From: a virus
Length of the DNA: 64,000 nt
IMG/VR virus record: IMGVR_UViG_3300003323_000950
Coordinates: 1 to 64,000 of that record
Strand: one strand, 5' to 3'
Shown here: piece after piece, positions 17,079 through 26,431 of the stretch
Layout: every line of letters starts with the position of its first letter
Numbering within the stretch: the first letter of the stretch is position 1
Notes under the pieces: generated by a model
The model's input: the letters and a program-made list of their open reading frames with translations, nothing else
The model's database searches: none
Told to the model about the DNA's origin: nothing
Position numbers and translations under genes: made by a program

Positions 17079-17358
17079 ACTTATCGATTTTTTTACTCAA
17101 TTCTTCTATTCTTTGATCTCTCATCTCGTTGGCTTCTTTGATTTTCTCCTTCATCTCGTTGTCAAACTGTGCACGCTGCCTTCTTCCATCCAAATATTGC
17201 CACACGTTTAAAGCGACAAGAACAGAGCATATCCACTTCATTAGGTCGAAGAGGGCGTTTTGCTTAGCAAGTTCCTCCATGGCTCCGCCATTCATCGAAG
17301 GAATGACGGAACCATCAATTTGAAGAAGGATTGTGTATATGTATAATATAACTATCAC
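17065..17358 (-). CDS. Putative holin
   Basis: Small, 1-2 TM helices, highly charged C-terminus, adjacent to the endolysin. Confidence 0.55.
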   Translation of the reverse strand: MIVILYIYTILLQIDGSVIPSMNGGAMEELAKQNALFDLMKWICSVLVALNVWQYLDGRRQRAQFDNEMKEKIKEANEMRDQRIEELSKKIDKYESK

Positions 17359-17849
17359 ACTACTTTAATGAAGCCCATTACATCAAGGCCGCTTTTATCT
17401 CCGCTGAGTGTGCGTGTGTGCTCAAATACCCGGTCACCGTTCCGTGATCCGCTCGCGCCAGTATTTCCTTCAATCGACATGAATGTTGTGTCGTTGATAG
17501 CCATGGATACTATACCAGCGTGCCCGTTGTAAGTAAGTTTTCCATCTTTGTACAAACCCCATATAACAAGCGATCCGAGAATAGGTTTATCGAATATGGT
17601 ATATCCGGCGGCTTTGAAGTTCTCAAGCGTCTTTCGAGTAGAAGGATCAAATAACTTCTTAAATGCTTCCGATTTCTCGGGGAAAGCCTTTCTGAAAACC
17701 ATCTGCGCAAAGCAGGCGCACCACGCATAGCCTGGCTGCCACTCTCCAAGGGCCTTCATCTCCTTTTCGAATTCAGGATCTTTGAATCCGGCATTGCCGG
17801 GTACCTCCAATTTGCCCAGGTAGGTTCGGGCTATTTCAATTTGCTTCAT
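17355..17849 (-). CDS. CHAP-domain endolysin
   Basis: AWCACFA (catalytic Cys), GHAGIV (His), SIEGNT. Confidence 0.9.
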   Translation of the reverse strand: MKQIEIARTYLGKLEVPGNAGFKDPEFEKEMKALGEWQPGYAWCACFAQMVFRKAFPEKSEAFKKLFDPSTRKTLENFKAAGYTIFDKPILGSLVIWGLYKDGKLTYNGHAGIVSMAINDTTFMSIEGNTGASGSRNGDRVFEHTRTLSGDKSGLDVMGFIKVV

Positions 17850-17854
17850 ATTTT

Positions 17855-18121
17855 TTAATTAACGGCTTGATCCCCGTTATGGCAAAGATAAACATCTCCG
17901 CCGGTAACAGATACAATCCTGCTTACCAGGATCGGATGATATCCTTTCGATAGCGCCACACCTGTCTGCGTCGCGCTGCCACCGGAATCCTTCAGAGTTA
18001 CAGTAGAATCAGCTGTCAGGTAGAATGTCACATTGTTTAACACTTTACCATTGAAGGTGATGTCGGCATCAACTGGAGTGTACTTTGTGAAGTATCGGCA
18101 TTGAAAAATAGGTCCTCCCAT
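17855..18121 (-). CDS. Putative head-spike base protein (RcGTA Rcc01079-like)
   Basis: 88 aa; YTPVDADI...TFYLTADSTVTLKDSGG...ALSKGYHPILVSRIVSVTGGDVY matches the TPSD...LYVG.GG.V...G.LP.RV.RV pattern by eye; adjacent to a fibre gene. Confidence 0.5.
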   Translation of the reverse strand: MGGPIFQCRYFTKYTPVDADITFNGKVLNNVTFYLTADSTVTLKDSGGSATQTGVALSKGYHPILVSRIVSVTGGDVYLCHNGDQAVN

Positions 18122-18133
18122 AAAATTTATTTT

Positions 18134-20701
18134 TTAAGTCATTTTTTCATAAGCAGAGTAAGCGCCTGAAACATCCATCGGCCATTTAACACCTTCATAA
18201 TCGTATTGCGCCATGTGGTGTATTCTGGTGAACGACTGCCGCGCCCGGAATGCTGGCGATGAAGTGCTGGTCAGGTGAAAATCATTATTCGCCTGATCTA
18301 CAAATCCAGGTGTCGCAATGTTCGTAGTGATGTAGTTGTTTACTATCCAGTTCGCCTGTGAGCTCACGTTTCCGTTTACGCCATATTGCGTTGTGTTGGC
18401 CGCAACAATCAAATTGTCCGCAGATATATACGGATTAACTTTTGTTGATCCCATGCCGGAATTGTAGAACATGTAAAAAGGCGGGTTCGTAGCTGAAGCT
18501 GGTATAATAAGCGTATTGTTGAAGAACTTAATAATTATGTCATTGAATCCTTCAACGTTGTTCGACGCCTGGCTAAATATGTTCGATGCAGGATTTGATA
18601 TTCGATTCACGAAAATATTGGAGAACACTTCTACGTTTCTACCCTTCGTTCCGGTTTGAGTCTGCATGAGCTCGGGAGCGGTAAGAATGAGATTTTGGTA
18701 GAATGCCACATCTCTGCACCCAGGGTTTATAACTATGCCGTCGCGCTGGCCGCTGTTGTTACGTAAGCCTGAATTCAAGAAGACGTTATTGTGGGCCTCT
18801 ACGTTATTGCAATTTCCGAACTGTATAGAATCGTTTCCGGAGTTCTCACAAATCACATTGTAAAGGCGGACGTTTGAAAGCGTTCCATAGTTGTCCGTGT
18901 CGCCAGTTCGCCCCAGATATAAGGATTCGTCGAGCATATCGTGGATGTACATCCGAAGCATCCATATCTTATTGAACTGGTAATTCGAATAGTTGATATC
19001 TGAATCGGCGAAGTTTTGTGCCTGTGCCGTGCATGAAGATCCTATTCGAGCATTTGAAGCGCCGCCCCGGCCGTCTACCTCGAATCCGGCCAGCGTAATA
19101 CCTTTTCCGGCGTTGGCCAGCGTAGTCGATCCGTCGTCTTCTATGCCGCGTAGGTATATGGATTGGCCAGCGGTCGATATGCCTGGCCCGAAGGTAAATT
19201 TGACAGCGTACTGCAGCGCGTCATCCGCGCAACCGTCGAAAAGAATATTCTGGCACTCGGTTACATTGAATGGATACGGGTAGCCATTGGTCTCTATGAT
19301 CATCTGTTTACCAGGAGTCTTTGATTTAAATATTACGTGAATAGGCAGGTTTTCATTCGTGCTTTTCGCCTTAATGGTGGTTATGGCGTTGGCGAAGTCT
19401 ATCGTGTTCGCGCCGTTCTTACCGGACCTTGTTCCATTACCGGTAGCCCATATTTTATATCCTTGCCGATCAACATTACCCAAGTCTGCAAAACCGCTAA
19501 ATCCACCCGAGTCCATATCCCATGTTACGTTTGCCTGCGCCTGGGTGAATATTGCGGGGAATACCGTTACCGCCCGCTTGAAATACCGCTCAAATGACAG
19601 CGTTCCTTTCGTAACGACTACACGAAGATCATAAGCCTTCATAGCAGTTGTAAATGTATAAAGAACAGATACGCCAACGCTGCTGGTTTCTTCTGCAAGT
19701 GTCTCAGAGTCTATGAGGGACCAAGTGCAATTATATCCGGTAGGAATATTCAGTGAACATCCGTTTGAAACTCCCACGCGCCATACATCTTTCAAACCAG
19801 TTGTCGTTATTTTCTCTCCTAACAAATTCGGTGTTGAGTCTCCAATGCCGATACCAGAAGATATTGCTGTTGTAGAGCCTCCAGTATTTGTTGCGGTTAC
19901 TGCGCAAGTAATCGTGGTGCCATCGTCTGCCCCAACGAGAAGGTATGTAGAAGATGTAGCGCCAGAAATATTCGTTCCATTACGGCGCCATTGATACGTA
20001 TATGAAAGTGTCGCTTGAGATGTCCATGTGCCGTTTGATGTGGAAAGCGTCTGGCCTACAGCGGGCGTTCCAGTGATTGCTGGCGGCACGGTGTTAACCG
20101 GGTTCGCTGGCAATACTGATGCAGTAGACGCTGATGTTGCCGGCGTCGATCCGCCAGTGTTGGATGCCGTCACGACAACGGTTATGGCTGTATTGTAGTC
20201 GGTGGTTATAAGCGTGTAGTTCGAGGCTGTCGCGCCAGATATATCACTTCCGTTACGCTTCCATTGGTATGTGTATGAAATTGTTCCCTGGCCAGTAAAC
20301 GTTCCATTGTTCGTTGATAGCGTGTTTCCAACTTTAGCGGTACCGCTGATTACTGGCAGCACTGTATTCAACGGATTTGCTGGCAGCGTAGTCAAAGAAT
20401 TAGAATCTGCCGAAGCTGATCCGGATCCATTGGTAGCCGTTACTGTACAGCTTAAAGCAGTATTATAATCAGCAGTAACAGGAGTATAATTTTGACTTGT
20501 CGCGCCGGAAATATTTACTCCATCTCTTTTCCATTGATATGTAAACGTTGGGGAGTTAGTCCAGGAGCCGACGCTTACTGACAAAGATGTTCCAACTTTT
20601 GGTGTTGCTGAAAGGCTGGGGGCAGCCTGATTAACCGGCGGTCCAATTCCGTTATTACCCGTTATTGAACCTGCTATGAATATTGAATTAGAGATCAGCA
20701 T
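18134..20701 (-). CDS. Virion-associated fibre: 3 Ig-like repeats plus right-handed beta-helix (putative depolymerase)
   Basis: Three P.N..P.ISGT..VG.TLS..GTW....YTYQW.R.G..ISGAT...Y units; Asn-rich beta-helix (DESLYLG, NDSIQFGNCNNVEAHNN); start at ATG 20701. Confidence 0.75.
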   Translation of the reverse strand: MLISNSIFIAGSITGNNGIGPPVNQAAPSLSATPKVGTSLSVSVGSWTNSPTFTYQWKRDGVNISGATSQNYTPVTADYNTALSCTVTATNGSGSASADSNSLTTLPANPLNTVLPVISGTAKVGNTLSTNNGTFTGQGTISYTYQWKRNGSDISGATASNYTLITTDYNTAITVVVTASNTGGSTPATSASTASVLPANPVNTVPPAITGTPAVGQTLSTSNGTWTSQATLSYTYQWRRNGTNISGATSSTYLLVGADDGTTITCAVTATNTGGSTTAISSGIGIGDSTPNLLGEKITTTGLKDVWRVGVSNGCSLNIPTGYNCTWSLIDSETLAEETSSVGVSVLYTFTTAMKAYDLRVVVTKGTLSFERYFKRAVTVFPAIFTQAQANVTWDMDSGGFSGFADLGNVDRQGYKIWATGNGTRSGKNGANTIDFANAITTIKAKSTNENLPIHVIFKSKTPGKQMIIETNGYPYPFNVTECQNILFDGCADDALQYAVKFTFGPGISTAGQSIYLRGIEDDGSTTLANAGKGITLAGFEVDGRGGASNARIGSSCTAQAQNFADSDINYSNYQFNKIWMLRMYIHDMLDESLYLGRTGDTDNYGTLSNVRLYNVICENSGNDSIQFGNCNNVEAHNNVFLNSGLRNNSGQRDGIVINPGCRDVAFYQNLILTAPELMQTQTGTKGRNVEVFSNIFVNRISNPASNIFSQASNNVEGFNDIIIKFFNNTLIIPASATNPPFYMFYNSGMGSTKVNPYISADNLIVAANTTQYGVNGNVSSQANWIVNNYITTNIATPGFVDQANNDFHLTSTSSPAFRARQSFTRIHHMAQYDYEGVKWPMDVSGAYSAYEKMT

Positions 20702-20748
20702 TGTAACAAGTTGTTTACTGATCAAAAATAGCCCAAAAGAATCGACAC

Positions 20749-20779
20749 AAAAAAACCCAGGAATTTCTTCCCGGGTTTT
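20749..20779 (-). terminator. Intrinsic terminator
   Basis: AAAACCCGGGAA-GAAA-TTCCTGGGTTTTTTT. Confidence 0.75.
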
Positions 20780-20812
20780 AACCCTACTACTAAATGATGA
20801 TAATTTATATAA

Positions 20813-20844
20813 CAAATGTAACTTCAAATATTGTATCAACCAAA
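20813..20844 (-). promoter_or_regulatory. Consensus promoter (operator half-site)
   Basis: TTTG-N20-TACATTTG. Confidence 0.75.
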
Positions 20845-21093
20845 TGCCCCGCCGACAAAAAGCAGAAAAATACCAACAGATTGAAACACTAAAGTTATTA
20901 TCAGCATTCTGTAGCTGTCTTTAAATTGGTATTTAGCCTGGGTCAGGTTGTGGACAAGCCTCGGGTTATTATTTGGATTATTCATTTGTTGAATCGTCTT
21001 ATGCAAAAGACGGCGGTGAAATTCGAAGTGCCATATGCTGGCAAGCACCGGTAACGCCTGAATTATCAGGAACATGATCAAGTACACGTTCAT
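20836..21093 (-). CDS. Small two-TM membrane protein
   Basis: ATGA-coupled to the KTSC gene; two hydrophobic helices. Confidence 0.65.
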   Translation of the reverse strand: MNVYLIMFLIIQALPVLASIWHFEFHRRLLHKTIQQMNNPNNNPRLVHNLTQAKYQFKDSYRMLIITLVFQSVGIFLLFVGGAFG

Positions 21094-21314
21094 TGTATTA
21101 CTTCTGTGGTTTTGATCCAATCGTGCTGGTTTTTGATCTTGTTGGAAACATACGATCCAGCCGAATCAGAGGCTATTAACTCCTCCCATTTGTCAATGGT
21201 GACGCGGAGATAGTTATACAACTTACCTCCTTTGTATTGAACTTGAAGAGTGGACGTTTTTTCATCGTATGCCACCCTTTCTACATTCGATGAATTTTCG
21301 ATTTTCTTGTACAT
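21090..21314 (-). CDS. KTSC domain protein
   Basis: SSNVERVAYD...TLQVQYKGGKLYNY...ELIASDSAGSY. Confidence 0.9.
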   Translation of the reverse strand: MYKKIENSSNVERVAYDEKTSTLQVQYKGGKLYNYLRVTIDKWEELIASDSAGSYVSNKIKNQHDWIKTTEVIQ

Positions 21315-21319
21315 GGTTT

Positions 21320-21808
21320 TTAGTACTTAAGTCCGAAAACAAGCTTGGCGGCGTCACGGTTGTGTTCGTTTGAAGAGCCCTGCCAGCCGGTGAATTTTTT
21401 CATCTCCTCGGCATCCCACTTCCTGGTCTTGGGCTGCACCTGGCGGAAACGTATTCTCCTTTTATTCATGTATTCCATGAACAGAAATGCGTTCTCCTTA
21501 TTGCGGCCGACATCCTGGGCGATCTTCCGCATCATGCGCTCTGTAGTTCCTGGCCTTACGAATGCGGGCTCGTTAAGTTGCGGATCTTCGATGACGATCT
21601 CTAAATCGGTTTCGAAATCCAGTTCGCCTGGAAGAACGGTTTCTTTGGCGAGCTCTTCCTTGATTACCTTTTCGAATGTATCAAGCAGCTTGATAGTGCC
21701 CCAGAAGTCCAGTAGCATCAGCTTAACAAGGCGCTTCTTGCTGACCTGGTATATGGCAATCCCGGTGTTGCGGCCGGGATCTATACCTAAAAAAAATTTC
21801 TCTTTCAT
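21320..21808 (-). CDS. RuvC-like Holliday junction resolvase
   Basis: LGIDPGRNTGIA, IVIED, NEHNRDAA. Confidence 0.75.
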   Translation of the reverse strand: MKEKFFLGIDPGRNTGIAIYQVSKKRLVKLMLLDFWGTIKLLDTFEKVIKEELAKETVLPGELDFETDLEIVIEDPQLNEPAFVRPGTTERMMRKIAQDVGRNKENAFLFMEYMNKRRIRFRQVQPKTRKWDAEEMKKFTGWQGSSNEHNRDAAKLVFGLKY

Positions 21809-22638
21809 CGTCTGCTCTTTGCGTCTTTACTGAATCGAATGACGTTGTATGACTCGCGCAGGCGGTCCCGGAAACGGGTACCATAACGCTCTTCCAGTTC
21901 ATCGGGACCAAGATTAGTAACGATGTGCGTGGCGTTTTGCGGTAGCTTGTTGTCATACCGATTCATGATAATCTCAGCCATCACATTCTTCTGGGTACCA
22001 AAAGAGTTTTGCCGCTCTTCTGTGCCAAGGTCATCGAAACATAGTCCTATCGAGGTCTGGCGCCATGGATTCGCGTTGGTTGGAACATCGATCATTCGAC
22101 TGTACCGGTTGATAACTGTCTCACTTTCTTCAACCATATCCTTAATCTTTCCCTCCATTAACCATTCGTTGCACACGTCGCGGCATTGCGCCATCCGATA
22201 CGACAAATTCTGGTTGTGAAAGAAGAACGACATAATGTGCGACTTGCCGCAGCCGGATGGACCCATGAGAAGTATTCCCTTTTTGAGGTCGTATTTTTCG
22301 GTGTTAAACGCCGGATCCTTCGCGAAATAAAGGCAAAGCCTGTGCACGAGCTCGTTGTTGTCATCATCGACCTTGTATGGCTTTCCAGTTCTGGATCGAG
22401 TCAAAAGAAGCTGCTGGTACATGTGACTGGCGGTGACGTATCCGATAGGCTGTTGCTTGATTTTCTCAAACCATTCTTTCTTGTTCTGCTCTACCCACTT
22501 TTCCTCGCGGGCAAGGCGCAGGGCCTCCGCAGTCTCCTCGGGCGTCAGGACTATATCGCTATATTGGTTTTTCGTAGTCAATTGACCCGGGTCTGATAAC
22601 GGCGCTAATTGCTCCATTCGTGCTTTTAGTGGATGCAT
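21805..22638 (-). CDS. DnaC/IstB-like ATPase (helicase loader)
   Basis: GILLMGPSGCGKS, LCFDDLGTE, THIVTNL...LEERYGTRFRDRL. Confidence 0.9.
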   Translation of the reverse strand: MHPLKARMEQLAPLSDPGQLTTKNQYSDIVLTPEETAEALRLAREEKWVEQNKKEWFEKIKQQPIGYVTASHMYQQLLLTRSRTGKPYKVDDDNNELVHRLCLYFAKDPAFNTEKYDLKKGILLMGPSGCGKSHIMSFFFHNQNLSYRMAQCRDVCNEWLMEGKIKDMVEESETVINRYSRMIDVPTNANPWRQTSIGLCFDDLGTEERQNSFGTQKNVMAEIIMNRYDNKLPQNATHIVTNLGPDELEERYGTRFRDRLRESYNVIRFSKDAKSRR

Positions 22639-23362
22639 AATTGTTTTTGTTTTCTTCGTAGATACCTGTATAACCGTTTCCAGCGCTGTGGATAAGTGCG
22701 GCGATCGCGCGAGCTTCGCCCAGATCGCTGCATTTTTTTAACTGAAGGCGGCGGGCCGTTGGGGTTCGTTTTGTTTTTAGTTTCTCACCAATATGCTTCT
22801 CCCAAATAGCCCATGCCTCTTTAAATTCCAAACTTTTAAAAGGCAAATCCGGTTCCGCAGGACTATTATCACTGATAGTATGATTGATAGTATTATCTAT
22901 GATACTATAATTGTCCGAATTTTCATCCGTAGGTCCATCGGCGTTTGATCCGGTGGTTGGCCGATTTTCGTCCATAGGTTCTGATTTCAAGGCCCGATGG
23001 GTCGGTTTTCCATCCGTAGGTTTTGCGGTTGAAAAAGCCAGCAGATGAAACTTCCGCCCGAATGTGTAGAATGGTTTATTGAGTTCCTTATTTGAAGGAT
23101 GAGCTTCGAGTAATTCCTGTTCACACATTGACTTTATGCGGCGATAAACACCATCTTTACTTTTTATGCCAAGCATCGGCATCTCCTCGATTATTTTTTT
23201 GTAATCAAACCAGTAATAGCTTTTGTTATTGTGATACAGGGTAGCCATTTTACCGGTATGTACAAAAGACTCGAAGAAATCCAATATGGCGGCATCGATA
23301 AGATCCAAGTCAAAGCCATTGTTAATGATGGCATACTGATTAATACGAATGTTGTATTTCAT
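22559..23362 (-). CDS. Phage replication initiator (wHTH N-terminus, iteron-bearing linker, C-terminal helical domain)
   Basis: LDLIDAAILDFF...YYWFDYKKIIEEMP; AWAIWEKH...QLKK...SAGNGYTGIY; upstream of the DnaC-like gene. Confidence 0.8.
   Translation of the reverse strand: MKYNIRINQYAIINNGFDLDLIDAAILDFFESFVHTGKMATLYHNNKSYYWFDYKKIIEEMPMLGIKSKDGVYRRIKSMCEQELLEAHPSNKELNKPFYTFGRKFHLLAFSTAKPTDGKPTHRALKSEPMDENRPTTGSNADGPTDENSDNYSIIDNTINHTISDNSPAEPDLPFKSLEFKEAWAIWEKHIGEKLKTKRTPTARRLQLKKCSDLGEARAIAALIHSAGNGYTGIYEENKNNYASTKSTNGAISAVIRPGSIDYEKPI
22860..23021. repeat. Putative replication origin: three iterons plus AT-rich tract
   Basis: TTTTCATCCGTAGGT (22920), TTTTCGTCCATAGGT (22965), TTTTCCATCCGTAGGT (23006); AT-rich GATAGTAT repeats at 22860-22910. 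Confidence 0.6.
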
Positions 23363-23377
23363 GGTTAAGTAGGGTTT

Positions 23378-23397
23378 AAAATGTAACTGCAAGTTAT
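23378..23397 (-). promoter_or_regulatory. Operator upstream of the replication initiator
   Basis: GTAAC-TGCAA-GTTAT; minus strand TACATTTT. Confidence 0.65.
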
Positions 23398-23425
23398 GCG
23401 CGAGAATGCGCATAGTAATCCACAA

Positions 23426-24139
23426 TCAATCCACAAAGAATCCACAATCCTCTGCCGGCTTGTCTTTCCGCAGGATATAATCCATCACGCCATTAAACTC
23501 GCAGAAGGTAATCAGCCCGCGCAAGTTGGAATTAAGCTCGTGATGCATTTCTCTGTTCGGGAAGAAACTAAAGTCCGACGGGGTGATCTCTCGGTAATCC
23601 CGCGACTCAGTTGGCTCCTTGTATGAAAAAACGTGGTAGGTAATGCGCTGCGCTTCGCTGCCAATAAGGTAGCACCGCCACTGCATGGATGATTCGAAGA
23701 AACCGTAATTCATCGGCCTGGAGGATGTCTTATGCTCATGTAGGCAGTCGCCCTCTATTCCATCAAATCGCATACGGAATTCAATCTCATACCGATCATC
23801 AAGAACATATAGGAACGTGTGCCAAGTCTCCCAGGTCATATTCGGATGCGCATGGTGATAGGCATCCGCATACTTCGCTTCCTGCTCTTTCAGGACGACT
23901 ATATCGGGCATGTCATCAGCCTTTACGAGGTATAGGCCGGTCTTTGGATCGAAGAATCGTTTCTTTCCATACTGCATAACAGCATGGAAGGCCGTCCCAA
24001 ATTCGGCCTTAGCAGAATACTTCGATTCGCCGGTGATTGTTTCTATGACATTCTCCCGGGTGATAGTACCGTTATACTCCTCTTCGTTGTATAAGCGGTA
24101 CTTCTCTACCTTACTGGGGGAAAGCTTCAGCTTTATCAC
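23426..24139 (-). CDS. PD-(D/E)XK-family exonuclease
   Basis: LSPSK...FGTAFH...RFDGIEGDCLHEHKT...SMQWRCY. Confidence 0.75.
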   Translation of the reverse strand: MIKLKLSPSKVEKYRLYNEEEYNGTITRENVIETITGESKYSAKAEFGTAFHAVMQYGKKRFFDPKTGLYLVKADDMPDIVVLKEQEAKYADAYHHAHPNMTWETWHTFLYVLDDRYEIEFRMRFDGIEGDCLHEHKTSSRPMNYGFFESSMQWRCYLIGSEAQRITYHVFSYKEPTESRDYREITPSDFSFFPNREMHHELNSNLRGLITFCEFNGVMDYILRKDKPAEDCGFFVD

Positions 24140-25587
24140 TGGGCTGCAGATGATCCAACCGTATTGGGCTCGGGTTGGTTATCAAATTCTTGCTGTATTG
24201 ACTGTTCCGTAGGCGCCTTGAATGGCATGTCGCTAAAGACATAATTCCGCATGTTCTGGTTGACGTTGAACAGGTGCGTGGCGTGGTCGGCATCCGTGAT
24301 GGTCATCGGACCATTGAACTTTTCAGAATTTGCCATTACTGTCTTACCAACCCGGTTTAAAAACCACTCTTCGTGTTTCAGAAGGTCGCCATCAATTTCA
24401 ACTGATGTGGTGGGCTTGGCTGGTGGTGCTTCAACTTTAGCCGGCTCAGGATCTGGTTTTGCCGGTATTTCTGCGGGCGCCTCCTGCTTCGGAATAGCGG
24501 GCGTTTTTTTGCCCTTGGCTGCATTATCTGCCTTAAGCGCATACTTCTTTGTAGCTCCATCGAATCGTACGCCTACAGCCTCCATAAGCGCCTTAAATGC
24601 ATCGCGCAATTCCGACTGCACATGCTTCGGTAGAGCCGTAATGCGATCACCAAGACGGTCGAAATCTTCTGGCGTCTTCATATGCTCGGAATCCATGTTC
24701 TCAGCAGCCCACAGCTCGGCATACTTCTTACCCCAGAACTGCAGCACTTGAGCTTTGTAGATCGGCGATAGCTTCTGAATGTCATTATCCATGACCTTTA
24801 ATTCTTCAACGTTCTGAATACCGATAATCAGGTCCTTGTATTCTTCGACCTTCTTCATGGCTTCAACCTGCTTGTCGCCTTGCCGGCGCATGTGCGCTTT
24901 CGTCTCACTGATTATCTTACCGAGGAAATTAGGCCATTCGGGTGCGGTAAAGTGCGGAAGATTAAACTTTGCAAAGCCTGCACAGTTTTTACCGGTGTGA
25001 ACGCTGGTAGGGTTGAAATCCAACGTTGCCTTTTCTCCAACCATCGACACGTACCCTACCAGATCAGCTTTTGATAGCAGGATATCGAATGAACCACCGG
25101 TCATCTGCGGGAAGAATTTAGAGGTATCCCCATCGTTTTCCTTTTTGGAATGGCAGACAAAAACGATATCTATTTTCAGTTCCCTTAGTTTGTTGAAAAA
25201 CTTTAAGCAGATATCTTTCATTACTCCAAAACCTTTCAATCCAAGTGCTCCGGTCTCTGTTGCGATGCCCTTACCGCCGATTTTCAGAATGTGGGCTGCT
25301 ATGTAATCGTCAAGCATTGTGCCTGCGGTATCGGCAATAATGGTCTTGATACCCTCCTCCTGAATGGTCTTGCTCTCAATGAGGTCCAGCGCATCAGGCC
25401 AGTTGTCGAACTTTACCGAAAGCTTCCGGCCGACAGCCCGCTGCAGACCTTTGTCAAAGTCCAAGCATATTGGATCATCGGCCGTGAAAGCTAGGGAAGA
25501 TTTACCCGTACCCGGGTCTCCGAAGATTATCACTACAATGCTTCCTACATCGAGCGCTTCATCCTCATAAATTAGTTTGTAAGCCAT
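24136..25587 (-). CDS. AAA_24/Sak4-like ATPase (single-strand annealing recombinase) with long C-terminal extension
   Basis: IFGDPGTGKSS, LDFDKG, TIIADT, IVFVCH, ADLVGY. Confidence 0.85.
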   Translation of the reverse strand: MAYKLIYEDEALDVGSIVVIIFGDPGTGKSSLAFTADDPICLDFDKGLQRAVGRKLSVKFDNWPDALDLIESKTIQEEGIKTIIADTAGTMLDDYIAAHILKIGGKGIATETGALGLKGFGVMKDICLKFFNKLRELKIDIVFVCHSKKENDGDTSKFFPQMTGGSFDILLSKADLVGYVSMVGEKATLDFNPTSVHTGKNCAGFAKFNLPHFTAPEWPNFLGKIISETKAHMRRQGDKQVEAMKKVEEYKDLIIGIQNVEELKVMDNDIQKLSPIYKAQVLQFWGKKYAELWAAENMDSEHMKTPEDFDRLGDRITALPKHVQSELRDAFKALMEAVGVRFDGATKKYALKADNAAKGKKTPAIPKQEAPAEIPAKPDPEPAKVEAPPAKPTTSVEIDGDLLKHEEWFLNRVGKTVMANSEKFNGPMTITDADHATHLFNVNQNMRNYVFSDMPFKAPTEQSIQQEFDNQPEPNTVGSSAAQ

Positions 25588-25611
25588 AATAAAAAGTTTG
25601 GTTTTGTGTTT

Positions 25612-25947
25612 TTAGTCCTGGCCGTCGCTCAGGAGTTTTTCTTCGTACTTCCGTAGATCTTCGATGGCGATCTCTGCCTTCGCACGCAGTTTCACCCATT
25701 TATCGTTCTTGCTGAACTCCTTCTGCTTGTCGGCGGGCGTGTAAATAGCGCCGTTGCGATACTTGATTCCGTCCTCTACAAGCTCGGGAAGTATATCCTT
25801 CATGGCCTTTTTCTGGCCCCGGCCTACCAAGCCAAGCCGATCGTTTTCTGCATTCATGAGGCGTTCAGCCGCCTGGTACACCCCTTTTGGAAAATCCAAT
25901 TGCCGCTTAATTGTCGCGCCGTCCCGGTCAATAGTGTCTTGTTTCAT
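25612..25947 (-). CDS. Putative ribbon-helix-helix DNA-binding regulator
   Basis: beta strand IKRQLDF, helix PKGVYQAAERLM, helix MKDILPELVEDGI; start moved to 25947 below its promoter. Confidence 0.5.
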   Translation of the reverse strand: MKQDTIDRDGATIKRQLDFPKGVYQAAERLMNAENDRLGLVGRGQKKAMKDILPELVEDGIKYRNGAIYTPADKQKEFSKNDKWVKLRAKAEIAIEDLRKYEEKLLSDGQD

Positions 25948-25968
25948 AATTAATCGTAAAATATTATA

Positions 25969-26000
25969 CAAATATAACACGACGTTACACCCTAACCAAA
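25969..26000 (-). promoter_or_regulatory. Consensus promoter with operator
   Basis: TTTG-N20-TATATTTG; ATAAC-ACGAC-GTTAC. Confidence 0.75.
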
Positions 26001-26429
26001 ACAGATTTTTTCTTCGGTTTCACGTGGAACATTTAATAGGCCGAGATTCCCCTTTACCGGAAAGGATACTACCGGCCGGATGTTGTCCAGGCAAATGGAC
26101 TTAAGACCGGGCTGCCACCTTACAAAGGCTTCCTTCTGATCTTCGACTTTATTCATGTCCCGATAATCGTAAGCGTTAACGACAGCAATAGCGATCCCGC
26201 AGGCACCGTAGATATCAAAATGCAACTTTTTACGTATGGCGTTGAAATCGTTCCATTGCTCCTGCGTCATTATCGCCCGCACTTCGTCCGGCGTTTTCGG
26301 CTTCTTAGAAGAAGCTATCAGAATGTCGCCGCGGTATGCCATATTCCTGTTCCACATCCTTGTCTCAATTGTCTTCACCTTCATCGCTATCAGGCTGGCG
26401 AAAGGCTGCTGCACCATTAAAAGCTTCAT
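25992..26429 (-). CDS. ASCH domain protein
   Basis: VQQPFASLIAMKVKTIETR...YRGDILI...PVKGNLGL. Confidence 0.9.
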   Translation of the reverse strand: MKLLMVQQPFASLIAMKVKTIETRMWNRNMAYRGDILIASSKKPKTPDEVRAIMTQEQWNDFNAIRKKLHFDIYGACGIAIAVVNAYDYRDMNKVEDQKEAFVRWQPGLKSICLDNIRPVVSFPVKGNLGLLNVPRETEEKICFG

Positions 26430-26431
26430 CC

